From IMG/VR virus record IMGVR_UViG_3300048670_001104: DNA of 64,000 bases, one strand, 5' to 3'. The position numbers and the translations under genes are program-made. Origin of the DNA: a virus. Its lineage: Duplodnaviria; Heunggongvirae; Uroviricota; Caudoviricetes. Positions within the stretch are counted from its first letter, which is position 1. The number at the start of each line of letters is the position of its first letter. Below the pieces are notes generated by a model. The model was given only the letters and a program-made list of their open reading frames with translations, searched no databases and was not told where the DNA came from. Below are positions 45,577 through 54,704 of this stretch, in pieces.

Positions 45577-45607
45577 CCCTCACTAAATACCAGTGGGGTT
45601 TTATTTT
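45577..45607 (+). terminator. Rho-independent terminator (CCCtCAC-taaatacca-GTGGGG + TTTTATTTT)
   Basis: Hairpin plus T-tract after gene 45166..45555. Near-duplicate of the terminator at 46568. Confidence 0.6.
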
Positions 45608-45632
45608 GACTAAAAATATCATGGAGTCGAAT

Positions 45633-45815
45633 ATGGTGACAATCAAAAAAGCAGTTCATAGGCACAAGGCAGCGCCGCCACCTCCCCCACCGGCACCCTC
45701 GGCGACCACAAAAAGTTTTCCAACCGCAGCATTGGGTCTGGGCATGGTAGTGTTGACCAACTATCAGGCCGAAGTAAAACAGGCCTTGGCATTATTGTTA
45801 AAGACATTCACATGA
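45633..45815 (+). CDS. hypothetical small protein
   Basis: 60 aa from MVTIKK (GGAG 8 nt upstream). Polyproline segment. Confidence 0.4.
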   Translation: MVTIKKAVHRHKAAPPPPPPAPSATTKSFPTAALGLGMVVLTNYQAEVKQALALLLKTFT

Positions 45816-46543
45816 AAATACTAGATAAAATTTTAGAATACCGTCGCGCACCATATATCACTGCTGGTGTAATATTCGTCTGCAGCCTGGCTGTGTTGAG
45901 TTGCTTTAAAAGTGCAGAGACCCAACTGACCACACTCAATCACGCTGCGTCACTTACTCGCACTATGGCCAAATCTTCAGATGATTTAACCAACTATGCT
46001 AGATTTTTTGTAACAACCAAGAACGAACAATGGCGAACAGAGTTCACCCATGTACTTAAAATCCGCAACGGTGAAGTGGCGGATGAAAAGGGTGTCACGA
46101 AATCGTTCAAAGATAGAGTAAAAGAAGTACCGTTTTCGCAGACTGAATTGGATCAGTTGTTGAAAGCAGAACAACTGAGCAACAATCTTGCTCGACTAGA
46201 AGTCGAAGCGTTTGCCTGGATCGACAAAGGTCGGCCTGAAATAAATTTTGAAATACAGATGCATCACTATATGGCAGCACAGATGTTGATGTTCGGTGAT
46301 GATTACAAAAAATACAAAAAAGAAATTGTGGACACTACAAATGGCTTTTATGTCATGGTCGTGGACAGATTGCAATCTGAATACTTGTTTTACATGTCAG
46401 CAGCCTGGACCCTGATCACGGTTATCAATTTGAGTTTGCTGCTGTTGGTCATGATCATCAAACACAAAGACGATGCTAAACCTCAGCGTGTGACAGTTAA
46501 AAAAGCCATACCCAAGCCTAGACCAAAGAAAACTGTTCAGTAA
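45812..46543 (+). CDS. hypothetical membrane protein
   Basis: 243 aa. TM helices at both ends. C-terminal K/P-rich tail similar to that of 45166..45555. Confidence 0.5.
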   Translation: MKILDKILEYRRAPYITAGVIFVCSLAVLSCFKSAETQLTTLNHAASLTRTMAKSSDDLTNYARFFVTTKNEQWRTEFTHVLKIRNGEVADEKGVTKSFKDRVKEVPFSQTELDQLLKAEQLSNNLARLEVEAFAWIDKGRPEINFEIQMHHYMAAQMLMFGDDYKKYKKEIVDTTNGFYVMVVDRLQSEYLFYMSAAWTLITVINLSLLLLVMIIKHKDDAKPQRVTVKKAIPKPRPKKTVQ

Positions 46544-46567
46544 ACCACCAGTTTTTCTTCTTCCTGA

Positions 46568-46597
46568 CCCCACTTAAATATTAGTGGGGTTTATTTT
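46568..46597 (+). terminator. Rho-independent terminator (CCCCAC-ttaaatatta-GTGGGG + TTTATTTT)
   Basis: Perfect 6-bp GC stem followed by a T-tract. Confidence 0.7.
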
Positions 46598-46633
46598 GAC
46601 TAAAAAAAATAATAACAGGGAGAAAAACCTAGT

Positions 46634-46885
46634 ATGGCCAACATGGTATGGTCTATTGTCATCATCAGTGTAGGGGCTGTGTCCCCAGTTATACAACAGA
46701 TCGGAATCTTTCAGGATGAGGCAACTTGCCAAAGGAGCCTGACTGACCTTAAATCACAGACACCTGTTCAGCACAAAATGGTATGTGTGCAATATCCCGA
46801 GCCACCTCCCCCGCCTGCGCCGGCAAAACCTCCCCCACCTCCGCCACCTTCACAATCCACCAGTAGCAGGGATGCACGAAAATGA
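46634..46885 (+). CDS. small membrane/secreted protein with polyproline tract
   Basis: 83 aa. GGGAGA RBS. Confidence 0.45.
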   Translation: MANMVWSIVIISVGAVSPVIQQIGIFQDEATCQRSLTDLKSQTPVQHKMVCVQYPEPPPPPAPAKPPPPPPPSQSTSSRDARK

Positions 46886-47373
46886 TAGATCCGTTCACAG
46901 CCTTTGCCATAGCTCAGGCCGCGGTGGCCGGTATCAAAAAAGCCGTGCAACTGGGCAAAGATGTCAACGGCCTCATAAACGACTTCAGCAAATTCTATCA
47001 AGCAGCAGATGTGCTGCATCACTCTGCTACCAAGGCCAGGATAGAAAGCATACGCATGAGCACGGCGGAGATCAATGCCAAGGCTTTAGAAATGGCCATG
47101 GCGTCAAGAGCATTGAGAATACATGAAAAAGAACTCAAAGACATCTTGTTTTGGAGCGGCAACGCAGATGTTTACTATGAGATGCAGGCCGAACGCAAAC
47201 GCATGATGGAAGAGCGACAAGCTGAAGATCGGCGTGTGGCTGAGCAGAAGCAACGAGACCGAGAGATGAAATACAATGCCATGATGGCCACATTGTGGTT
47301 CATGGGTTCATTGTGTATCATAATACCCATCTGCACTATCCTATTTCAACTGATTACAGTGAAGCATCTGTAA
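46882..47373 (+). CDS. hypothetical membrane-anchored coiled-coil protein
   Basis: 163 aa. ATGA junction with the upstream gene. Confidence 0.5.
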   Translation: MIDPFTAFAIAQAAVAGIKKAVQLGKDVNGLINDFSKFYQAADVLHHSATKARIESIRMSTAEINAKALEMAMASRALRIHEKELKDILFWSGNADVYYEMQAERKRMMEERQAEDRRVAEQKQRDREMKYNAMMATLWFMGSLCIIIPICTILFQLITVKHL

Positions 47374-47401
47374 ATCAATAAATAAACTACAAGGAAATCA
47401 C

Positions 47402-48010
47402 ATGACCATATTAGAAACACTGCGTGAGCAACGCTGGGACGATCATCGCTATTACCATCACAGCCGTATCAATCAATTCTTACATTTACTCAGTGCGTTA
47501 TCATTCATCGTGGCCTATGTGTATCTGATCATCGATCCTGTGATCAGTGCTTACATCGCCTGGTTGTTCTCAATGACCACACGCCAAGCCGGACATTTCT
47601 TCTTTGAACCCACGGACTACGACACCTACAATCAGGCCACACAAGATCACAAAGAGGCTATCAAGATTGGATACAATCTCAAACGCAAACGAGTACTGAT
47701 CGCTTGCTGGTTGGCTGTGCCGTTGCTGGCATATTTTGATGCGGCATTGTTTAACTTTGTGATGCCTGATGCTGCTCCAGACACCTTGATAGATAGAATT
47801 GGCTGGGGTTGGTTGTGGTTGGGTCTGGCTGCTGTGGTGTTCCGTATGATACAACTCACTGCCATACAAAGCCGTAGAGTCGCACTAGTGTGGTGTATCA
47901 AGATATTAACAGATCCATTCCATGACGCTGTGATCTATCGCAAGAGCCCGATCTATTTGTTGCGTGGGCAACTGATTGATCCTGACCTACGCCAAGACTA
48001 CGAAGATTAA
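47402..48010 (+). CDS. membrane protein (possibly DUF962/Mpo1-like)
   Basis: 202 aa. HxxxxNxxxH-like N-terminal region and multiple TM helices. AAGGAAA RBS. ATAAATA 17 nt upstream. Confidence 0.45.
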   Translation: MTILETLREQRWDDHRYYHHSRINQFLHLLSALSFIVAYVYLIIDPVISAYIAWLFSMTTRQAGHFFFEPTDYDTYNQATQDHKEAIKIGYNLKRKRVLIACWLAVPLLAYFDAALFNFVMPDAAPDTLIDRIGWGWLWLGLAAVVFRMIQLTAIQSRRVALVWCIKILTDPFHDAVIYRKSPIYLLRGQLIDPDLRQDYED

Positions 48011-49005
48011 AGTGGAGTAAGGTTGTCGCGGAATATCTGCCAGGCAGTCTGCCACGACCAGCGTTGGCTACCCGCTAACACTTGATCTCTATCCAACTGC
48101 AAACAACCAGTTATGGCATCGGCCAGGTCTTCATTCACAAATCCTGTCACACCCTGATCCACCACATCCAGTGGTCCTTGCACCGGATAAGCAGCCACTG
48201 GTGTGCCACAGGCCATGGCTTCGATCATCACTATGCCAAATGTCTCCCACTTGCTAGGAAACACAAACACATCAGCATCAGCATAGCATTGTGCCAGTGC
48301 ATGGCCAGTCTTGAATCCTTTGAACTCCACATCGGGATATAGTTTTTCCAGTCTAGCACGATCCGGGCCGTCACCTACCAACACTTTGCGAGCACCCGGA
48401 TAATTCAAACTGCAAAACGCATCCAGATTCTTTTCTATACTGAGTCTGCACACACATAACAGCACAGGGCCCGATCCTCTGCTGCCACGATAACCAGGAT
48501 TGAATACGGTTCTATCAACGCCACGGGTCCATGAGTTGATCTCACCCCAGAAGCCATGAGCTCGGAGTTCTTTCACCATGCTGTCCGTGGTTGTGAGCAC
48601 ACGACCCGAGTGCTTGTGGAACCACCGCACATACTTCCAGGTGATGCTTTCAGGTATCCTCAAAAATTTATGTAAGGCTTCAGGGTACTTTGTATGGTAA
48701 GCAGTATTATACCTACGATAGTGCCGGTCAAGATAAAATCTAGCGTAGAGACCCAAAGGACCTTCTGTGGCGATGTGTATATAATCCGGAGCCATCGTTC
48801 TAATCTTCTGCCCGATCGCCCAGGGAATCGAAACTTTAACTTCAGGGTAGCCTGGGCAATCAAAAAATACGAACTCCATGGGAGTAAGATATAACACACG
48901 ATAGCCATCCAGAACCGCACATGCCTCAATATTCTTGTATGTGGTAACAACGCCATTGATCTGCTCCGGCAAGTTATCTGTTATTATCAGTATCGTCTTG
49001 ATCAT
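48007..49005 (-). CDS. glycosyltransferase family 1 (GT4-type)
   Basis: VFPSKWETFGIVMIEAMACGTPVAAYPVQG (E-x7-E-like GT1 signature region). Confidence 0.8.
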   Translation of the reverse strand: MIKTILIITDNLPEQINGVVTTYKNIEACAVLDGYRVLYLTPMEFVFFDCPGYPEVKVSIPWAIGQKIRTMAPDYIHIATEGPLGLYARFYLDRHYRRYNTAYHTKYPEALHKFLRIPESITWKYVRWFHKHSGRVLTTTDSMVKELRAHGFWGEINSWTRGVDRTVFNPGYRGSRGSGPVLLCVCRLSIEKNLDAFCSLNYPGARKVLVGDGPDRARLEKLYPDVEFKGFKTGHALAQCYADADVFVFPSKWETFGIVMIEAMACGTPVAAYPVQGPLDVVDQGVTGFVNEDLADAITGCLQLDRDQVLAGSQRWSWQTAWQIFRDNLTPL

Positions 49006-49795
49006 TTTCTCGGGTCCATGTAACTATTTCCCACCGACCATCATGATGCTCTACAAGTGCTGTACAACTTTCCACCCAGTCACCATCATTCATGTAGGTC
49101 ACGCCGTTGATGTCGCGGATCTCTGCATGGTGGATGTGACCGCATATGACACCATCATATCCACGCTTCTTGCAGTAGTTAGCGAGATTCTGTTCAAACT
49201 GGAAAATAAAATCCACTGCTTTTTTCACACGATGTTTTAGATATTTACTCAAACTCCAATACCCAAAACCTAGTTTGTGCCGCAGCCAGTTGAATCTGGT
49301 GTTCCATATCAGGATCATGTCATAGGCCGCATCGCCAAGAAAACTCAACCACGGTGCCAGTCTGGTGATGCCATCAAACATGTCGCCATGCACCACGAGA
49401 TAATGTCGACCATCAGCACCCGTGTGTTCAGTCTGATTGCATATCTCTATCAAGCCAAAATTAAATCCATATGGTATCATTGGGCGCAGGAATTCGTCGT
49501 GATTGCCTGCCACATAGATCACTCGTGTGCCGCGTTTGGCATGGCCCAGCACACGCCGCACCACATTGGTATGGCTCTGTTTCCAACGCCATTTGTTCTG
49601 TTGGATACGCCAAGCATCAATGATATCCCCCACTAGGTACAGGGTATCACAGGTGTTGTGTTTGAGAAAGTTGTTGAGTCGGTCGGCCTGGCAGTCTCTT
49701 GTGCCCAGATGCACATCACTGATTGCTATTGTTCTATATTTTTTTTGTTGTTTTATCATAAATAAAAGTGTAGTTCGCGGGCGTCCACTCCCCAA
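48974..49795 (-). CDS. metallophosphoesterase, LpxH-like (UDP-2,3-diacylglucosamine hydrolase family)
   Basis: IAISDVHLG, LYLVGDIID, AGNHDEF, GHIHH motifs. Confidence 0.7.
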   Translation of the reverse strand: MGSGRPRTTLLFMIKQQKKYRTIAISDVHLGTRDCQADRLNNFLKHNTCDTLYLVGDIIDAWRIQQNKWRWKQSHTNVVRRVLGHAKRGTRVIYVAGNHDEFLRPMIPYGFNFGLIEICNQTEHTGADGRHYLVVHGDMFDGITRLAPWLSFLGDAAYDMILIWNTRFNWLRHKLGFGYWSLSKYLKHRVKKAVDFIFQFEQNLANYCKKRGYDGVICGHIHHAEIRDINGVTYMNDGDWVESCTALVEHHDGRWEIVTWTRENDQDDTDNNR

Positions 49796-49825
49796 CTACT
49801 CTAACGCTATAAGGAGCAATCAGTA

Positions 49826-50479
49826 ATGAGTATTTATAAAGAGATTCGTTACAAAAATATTAGGCTCAATGGGTATTACATCTATGCATATTTAAGAAAA
49901 GATGGCACACCTTACTATGTAGGTAAGGGGCAACAATACAGAGCATGGATGAATCACAGAGTCAATAATAAAGGAGTCCATACTCCTAAAGATATAGACC
50001 GTGTAATCATTATGGAGCAAGATTTATCCGAAGTAGGAGCGTTTGCATTAGAACGCAGATATATTCGCTGGTACGGCAGAAAGGATGTAGGCACAGGTAT
50101 ACTACATAATAGGACAGACGGTGGCGAAGGTGGATCAGGTGCAAGTGCCGGCAAGGCTCGTCCCGGGGAACTTAACGGAATGTATGGAAAGAGGCGGCTA
50201 CCAGAACTCATTGCCAAAGCAGTTGCCGCTTCGGTATTAAATTTAAAAGGTAAAACTTACGAGGAAATATACGGATTAGAAAAAGCCGCTAAACTAAGAA
50301 AACAGAGATCTGATTCCTTAAAGGGGAAAAAGAAATCTCCTGAACATGCCGCTAAATCTAAAGCCAACGGTATGAAGGGTGCTCTAAAGATTGGTGCCGC
50401 TCGTAAAGGCAAGACTTGGGATGAAATCTACGGCAAAGAAAAAGCCGACGAAATAAGAGCACTCCGACGGCTTAAATGA
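49826..50479 (+). CDS. GIY-YIG homing endonuclease (seg-like) with NUMOD-type DNA-binding repeats
   Basis: [20 protein letters not shown] (GIY...YIG), R, E, N catalytic residues. C-terminal repeats G(K/M)..S.EH..K.S.A..G. AAGGAG RBS. Confidence 0.85.
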   Translation: MSIYKEIRYKNIRLNGYYIYAYLRKDGTPYYVGKGQQYRAWMNHRVNNKGVHTPKDIDRVIIMEQDLSEVGAFALERRYIRWYGRKDVGTGILHNRTDGGEGGSGASAGKARPGELNGMYGKRRLPELIAKAVAASVLNLKGKTYEEIYGLEKAAKLRKQRSDSLKGKKKSPEHAAKSKANGMKGALKIGAARKGKTWDEIYGKEKADEIRALRRLK

Positions 50480-51505
50480 TTACAACTCCAACCACCGACG
50501 ATGCAGTTGATCAGTGGCCAAGTTCTTGCCCTTGGCTTCGACCTGGATATCCCAATCTTCACTAAAGGTCAATGCCCAGTCAGTCACAGCTGAGTTCCAA
50601 AGAAAGTCCGAATGTGCTCGAAGTTTCTGTTTACGGTATCCCCGGTCAAGTAGTTGTGCGAGATCAGGTCGAGTTCCGGGATCGTGATCAACCAGAATAT
50701 CTTCACGGCTAACACTATAGTGAAGTGCAGGACGAGTACCGCGCCAAGACTCCACAACACGACGCGCCCTAGAGTCCGAGGGGGTGATGTATTCACCGGT
50801 GTTGATCCAGTGGTGGTGGATGTCCAGCGTAAGAGCACAATGCTCAGCCACAGCCAAAGTAACGTCGATACCATTTGTCATCTCATCATTCTCGATAGCG
50901 ATTAGATTCCTGGCTTCGGGTGTGAGTCGACCCAAAGTCTGCAGGAATTTAGCGGGGCCACCTTTACCGCTCAAATGCACATTTATCTTGAAACCGTGAT
51001 CATGCCAGCCAGCGCCATAGCCCATCCAACGAGCCATGTCTGCATGATATTCAAACTCTAGTATGCTGCGTTCAACGATCTCATCAGATTCCGACGCCAA
51101 CACACAGAACTGTCCAGGGTGGAAACTCAGCCGTACACCAAGACGACGAGCAGCCTCGCCCACAGGAGCAAATATCCGTTCGCAGTGGTCTTGGATTTCT
51201 GTTCGTTGCCACCAGTCGATCCAGGATGGTTCAGTGTAGCCTTGCAGCATTTCTGAACCTAGCCGGACCATACGGCGTTCTGGTGCCATTGCACCCACAC
51301 GCTCTACCATCATCAACGCAGCACGAGCATTGTGGTTCATGATGTCCCACTGACGCTGGTCGGCTTCTTCCTTGTGTTCGCGTAGCCAACGCATTGTGGT
51401 GCTTCTGCCGTTGATATCACGGTCCACAGCATTCACCTTCATACCGCCGCATTCATTAGGGTCGTTAAGCCACTTGCAGCAAAATCCGAATCGAGCCATG
51501 ATCAT
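50480..51505 (-). CDS. UV damage endonuclease UvdE/UvsE-like
   Basis: MIMARFGFCC, SFHPGQF, LDIHHHW, DIQVEAKGKNLA align with B. subtilis UvsE landmarks. Confidence 0.72.
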   Translation of the reverse strand: MIMARFGFCCKWLNDPNECGGMKVNAVDRDINGRSTTMRWLREHKEEADQRQWDIMNHNARAALMMVERVGAMAPERRMVRLGSEMLQGYTEPSWIDWWQRTEIQDHCERIFAPVGEAARRLGVRLSFHPGQFCVLASESDEIVERSILEFEYHADMARWMGYGAGWHDHGFKINVHLSGKGGPAKFLQTLGRLTPEARNLIAIENDEMTNGIDVTLAVAEHCALTLDIHHHWINTGEYITPSDSRARRVVESWRGTRPALHYSVSREDILVDHDPGTRPDLAQLLDRGYRKQKLRAHSDFLWNSAVTDWALTFSEDWDIQVEAKGKNLATDQLHRRWLEL

Positions 51506-52056
51506 GTACCGTTGTTGTTGTTACCTAGTAATTGTAACACATTTGGCAATAGATCTCTAGTGATATTGGAGAGTTTTTGGATGGGTTCGGCAAGATCGGT
51601 GTGATGATCTACGATCACCCATTGCTTACCGCTGAGTTCTATAGCGTTGGCCAGGATACCGATGTAGTTGTTTCTGCTTGGTGAGGGCGTGGTTTTTGCT
51701 TCCAGATCAAATCCTACCATGAGTATCACATCTGCTACACTAGCAACTAAATGTGTGGCTATGATGTCGTCAACCGAATCCACTGCAAAATCAAAAACTC
51801 CACCAAATGCTCGCACACCCACCGGCCGGTCTAACTGTTGATAAACAATTTCGGGTATGTAGAGATTACAGGTCTTGGCGTAGCCTTGACGGCACAATTT
51901 CTCTGCCTGTTCCGGATTCCAACATACCACATTGTCGGATTGGTAACTTCTTTGTGTGCGCCAACTACCCCAGATGGGTGCAAGATCCCGTATGGCCTGC
52001 ACTGGTGTAGTAGGCGGTAATACTGTATTTTCTGCAAACAACCATGCTATGTTCAT
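51502..52056 (-). CDS. hypothetical protein
   Basis: 184 aa. ATGA junctions on both sides. Confidence 0.5.
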   Translation of the reverse strand: MNIAWLFAENTVLPPTTPVQAIRDLAPIWGSWRTQRSYQSDNVVCWNPEQAEKLCRQGYAKTCNLYIPEIVYQQLDRPVGVRAFGGVFDFAVDSVDDIIATHLVASVADVILMVGFDLEAKTTPSPSRNNYIGILANAIELSGKQWVIVDHHTDLAEPIQKLSNITRDLLPNVLQLLGNNNNGT

Positions 52057-52970
52057 GCTTCTCTATGTAGATCCAAAGTAACGCAATGGAATCCACCACC
52101 CAAGGTCCTGCTGTGACGCAGTTGCATGGGTATCACTGTGAACTGGTTCTTTTCTAATAAGCTGATCAACATGGGTTGATCTTTATCCACGATCACTGTG
52201 TGAGGATTCACTACCAACATATTTAATGCTATCCATTTTGATGCATATGGGTACTGAAAGAATCCTTGTTCTTCCACGTGGTTGCAGTAGATCACTTCCC
52301 AGTCTTTGAGCGATTGAGGTAAGTTGTCGGGTGTCACACGACTGCCGTTGACCAGCACAAGACCTTCACGCAGTGGCACTATGGTTGAATCAATATGCAC
52401 ACCCGAATAGAAGTTAACTAATTCAATATCAACCGTAGGGAAATGCTTGCACATCCATTCATAAGCAGCCCGATTGCCCGAGGACGATTCTAAATAAATC
52501 CACTTATCATTTAGCCTAGCGATGTTGGCAGCATCCAAGGTCATTCCTTCGTGGCGAGGCATGAATAGATAGTTGGTGGCTGCATCCACGACATCGTGAT
52601 AGCATTGCAGTTCCATGTCTCTGCAGGGATACATCATGGCAGGATTCACTATGGTGTCGCCGTAAACCAACAGTCGATCTCTTGGACAATAGTTATACAT
52701 GCCATCATGTGCTTGGAAATTGAAATCATCTGGGCGGAACACTTCCACATTCAACGATTTCAGCAAGCCAACCAATTGATCAAGATCCTCGTTGGCCTCT
52801 GCAATAATCCAGTCTGGAACCGGTCCCGACGGCACAGGTGTATCTTTCCATAGTGTGCGTTCTTTTTCTAGTGCAAATACCGGATCATTTACCGGCCAGT
52901 TGGCGTGATCGGCACGCCCCACTACCGCGGATCGCAACGGATCCCATTCGTTATAACTGTGGATTTTCAT
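52053..52970 (-). CDS. amidinotransferase family protein
   Basis: C-terminal LGGGFHCVTLDLHR (catalytic Cys motif of the amidinotransferase / arginine deiminase superfamily). Confidence 0.68.
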   Translation of the reverse strand: MKIHSYNEWDPLRSAVVGRADHANWPVNDPVFALEKERTLWKDTPVPSGPVPDWIIAEANEDLDQLVGLLKSLNVEVFRPDDFNFQAHDGMYNYCPRDRLLVYGDTIVNPAMMYPCRDMELQCYHDVVDAATNYLFMPRHEGMTLDAANIARLNDKWIYLESSSGNRAAYEWMCKHFPTVDIELVNFYSGVHIDSTIVPLREGLVLVNGSRVTPDNLPQSLKDWEVIYCNHVEEQGFFQYPYASKWIALNMLVVNPHTVIVDKDQPMLISLLEKNQFTVIPMQLRHSRTLGGGFHCVTLDLHREA

Positions 52971-53488
52971 ACAGTTCCGGTTAGTTGTAATGTGTATCTA
53001 TTGGTTTGACCCATGTTGGCCGCCAGGTGCAAAAAGTCATCGTGCCATGATACCCAATCTCCGGCACGCCATCCTGTGACCGGAGTTCCGTTCATTTCTA
53101 GGTAGTGGCCGCTGGACCAGTCTTCCAGGAATACTATGGTCCTCACCACCGAATGTGTAGTTTCCAATCCATGTATCAGCTTGAATCTATCATAGGTATC
53201 TCTATGTGCAGGTAACACACAGCCCGGTATCATGCGATAGAAACTCCATGAGAATCTTTCAAACGGGAATACATCGCGAAATGAGTCTACCCAGGTAGGT
53301 TCACTGTTACGCATGTCATACATGTCTCCGGTGAATCTACTTTGAGAGAAGCCTAACCTACGCCATTCTGTGAGACTGGAAGAGTCGTTGAATGGTTCGT
53401 TGATGTAGGCTAGATCTCTGTGCCCGAGACCCCACCAAGGATCCACGTGCCCCTGTGCCCAGGTGTTATTTTGCGCGGGTGTTACCAT
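52967..53488 (-). CDS. hypothetical protein (cupin/hydroxylase-like, tentative)
   Basis: LPAHRDTYD...H spacing reminiscent of HxD...H metal sites. Confidence 0.4.
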   Translation of the reverse strand: MVTPAQNNTWAQGHVDPWWGLGHRDLAYINEPFNDSSSLTEWRRLGFSQSRFTGDMYDMRNSEPTWVDSFRDVFPFERFSWSFYRMIPGCVLPAHRDTYDRFKLIHGLETTHSVVRTIVFLEDWSSGHYLEMNGTPVTGWRAGDWVSWHDDFLHLAANMGQTNRYTLQLTGTV

Positions 53489-54704
53489 AGTGGATCACGG
53501 TTAACCCGGCCATGTCACCGAGTTTGCGCCATGGATCAACAATTATAGAACCCTGGGGAATTGTGCAATAGGGTTGTGTTTCGGGTTGATCACCGGTGTA
53601 CTCATATGTGATCTTGCGATCATGTGCCCACAGTATCACCGCTGGTCCAGTCAAATCTGTGACCACATCTGTAGGATCATCTGCCAATGGATCAAGATAC
53701 CGCACCTCAAATCCGGCTTGTTTCACATAATGTCCGACTAGGGTAGAGTATGATCCAATGCAGTAAGGAACATCGGGCTTGTAGGCCTTACCATGTATCA
53801 CTATGCCTAATGCATGTTGTCGAGCATGACCAATCAGGAATTCGGCTAGATTCCGTGCCTGGATCTCTCTGGCATGCATCACAGTATCAAACAAGTCGTA
53901 TCCGATATTGTATTCTTTTGCCAACCAACGCAGAGCAATGTTATCACGAGGGTGACAAGCGCCTGCATCACCCATGCCTGCTGTCATGTATTTGGGTCCC
54001 ATGATTCTCATGGTGCTACGTGACAGTGCATTTGTGACCACATCCACATTGATATTACCGATCCGCATGGCAAAATCTTGAATCATGTTTACCAAGCCCA
54101 CTTTGGCCGAGATGAACGTGTTATAGAAGATCTTCACAGCTTCGCATTCGTCCCAGGTGCCGATTTCATAGCGTGGGTCGTTCTGCATCACAGTATCGTA
54201 CAAATCCTTGAGTTCGCCTGCTATACCATTCCAGTCACCGTCCTCTGTACCAATCATGATCATTTCCGGATTGACCATGTCCCACTTGACCGATCCCATG
54301 GCAATGAGATAGGGGTTATATAAGAACTGATGTTTTGAGTCCAACAATGGCACAAAATGTTTACGTGTGGTACCCGGCAATACAGTGCTGATCAGTACCA
54401 CTTTCTTAGAATCACGTGCATGAGTGTTGACCTTGTTGATGGCATCAATCACTGCTGCATGACCAAAGTCTCGAGGTTCCATATGGCTGGACGGAACCGA
54501 TCCGTCATAGCCATCGGCATGTGGAGTTGGTACAGCAATAAAAATCCATTCGCTTTCGTTAACCAATTCATCGATATCGCAAACTTTTACCAAGTCACTC
54601 ACACGCGGGTAAATATCATAGCCTCTGACTTCGTGCTTCTCTGCCATGACTTCGGCGCAATCAAGTCCTAGCTTACCGATACCAATAAAACCAATTTTCT
54701 TCAT
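53466..54704 (-). CDS. nucleotide-sugar (UDP-glucose/GDP-mannose type) dehydrogenase
   Basis: N-terminal Rossmann KIGFIGIGKLG. Catalytic Cys context GDAGACHPRDNIAL. AAAGGAA RBS. Confidence 0.75.
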   Translation of the reverse strand: MKKIGFIGIGKLGLDCAEVMAEKHEVRGYDIYPRVSDLVKVCDIDELVNESEWIFIAVPTPHADGYDGSVPSSHMEPRDFGHAAVIDAINKVNTHARDSKKVVLISTVLPGTTRKHFVPLLDSKHQFLYNPYLIAMGSVKWDMVNPEMIMIGTEDGDWNGIAGELKDLYDTVMQNDPRYEIGTWDECEAVKIFYNTFISAKVGLVNMIQDFAMRIGNINVDVVTNALSRSTMRIMGPKYMTAGMGDAGACHPRDNIALRWLAKEYNIGYDLFDTVMHAREIQARNLAEFLIGHARQHALGIVIHGKAYKPDVPYCIGSYSTLVGHYVKQAGFEVRYLDPLADDPTDVVTDLTGPAVILWAHDRKITYEYTGDQPETQPYCTIPQGSIIVDPWRKLGDMAGLTVIHYGNTRAK

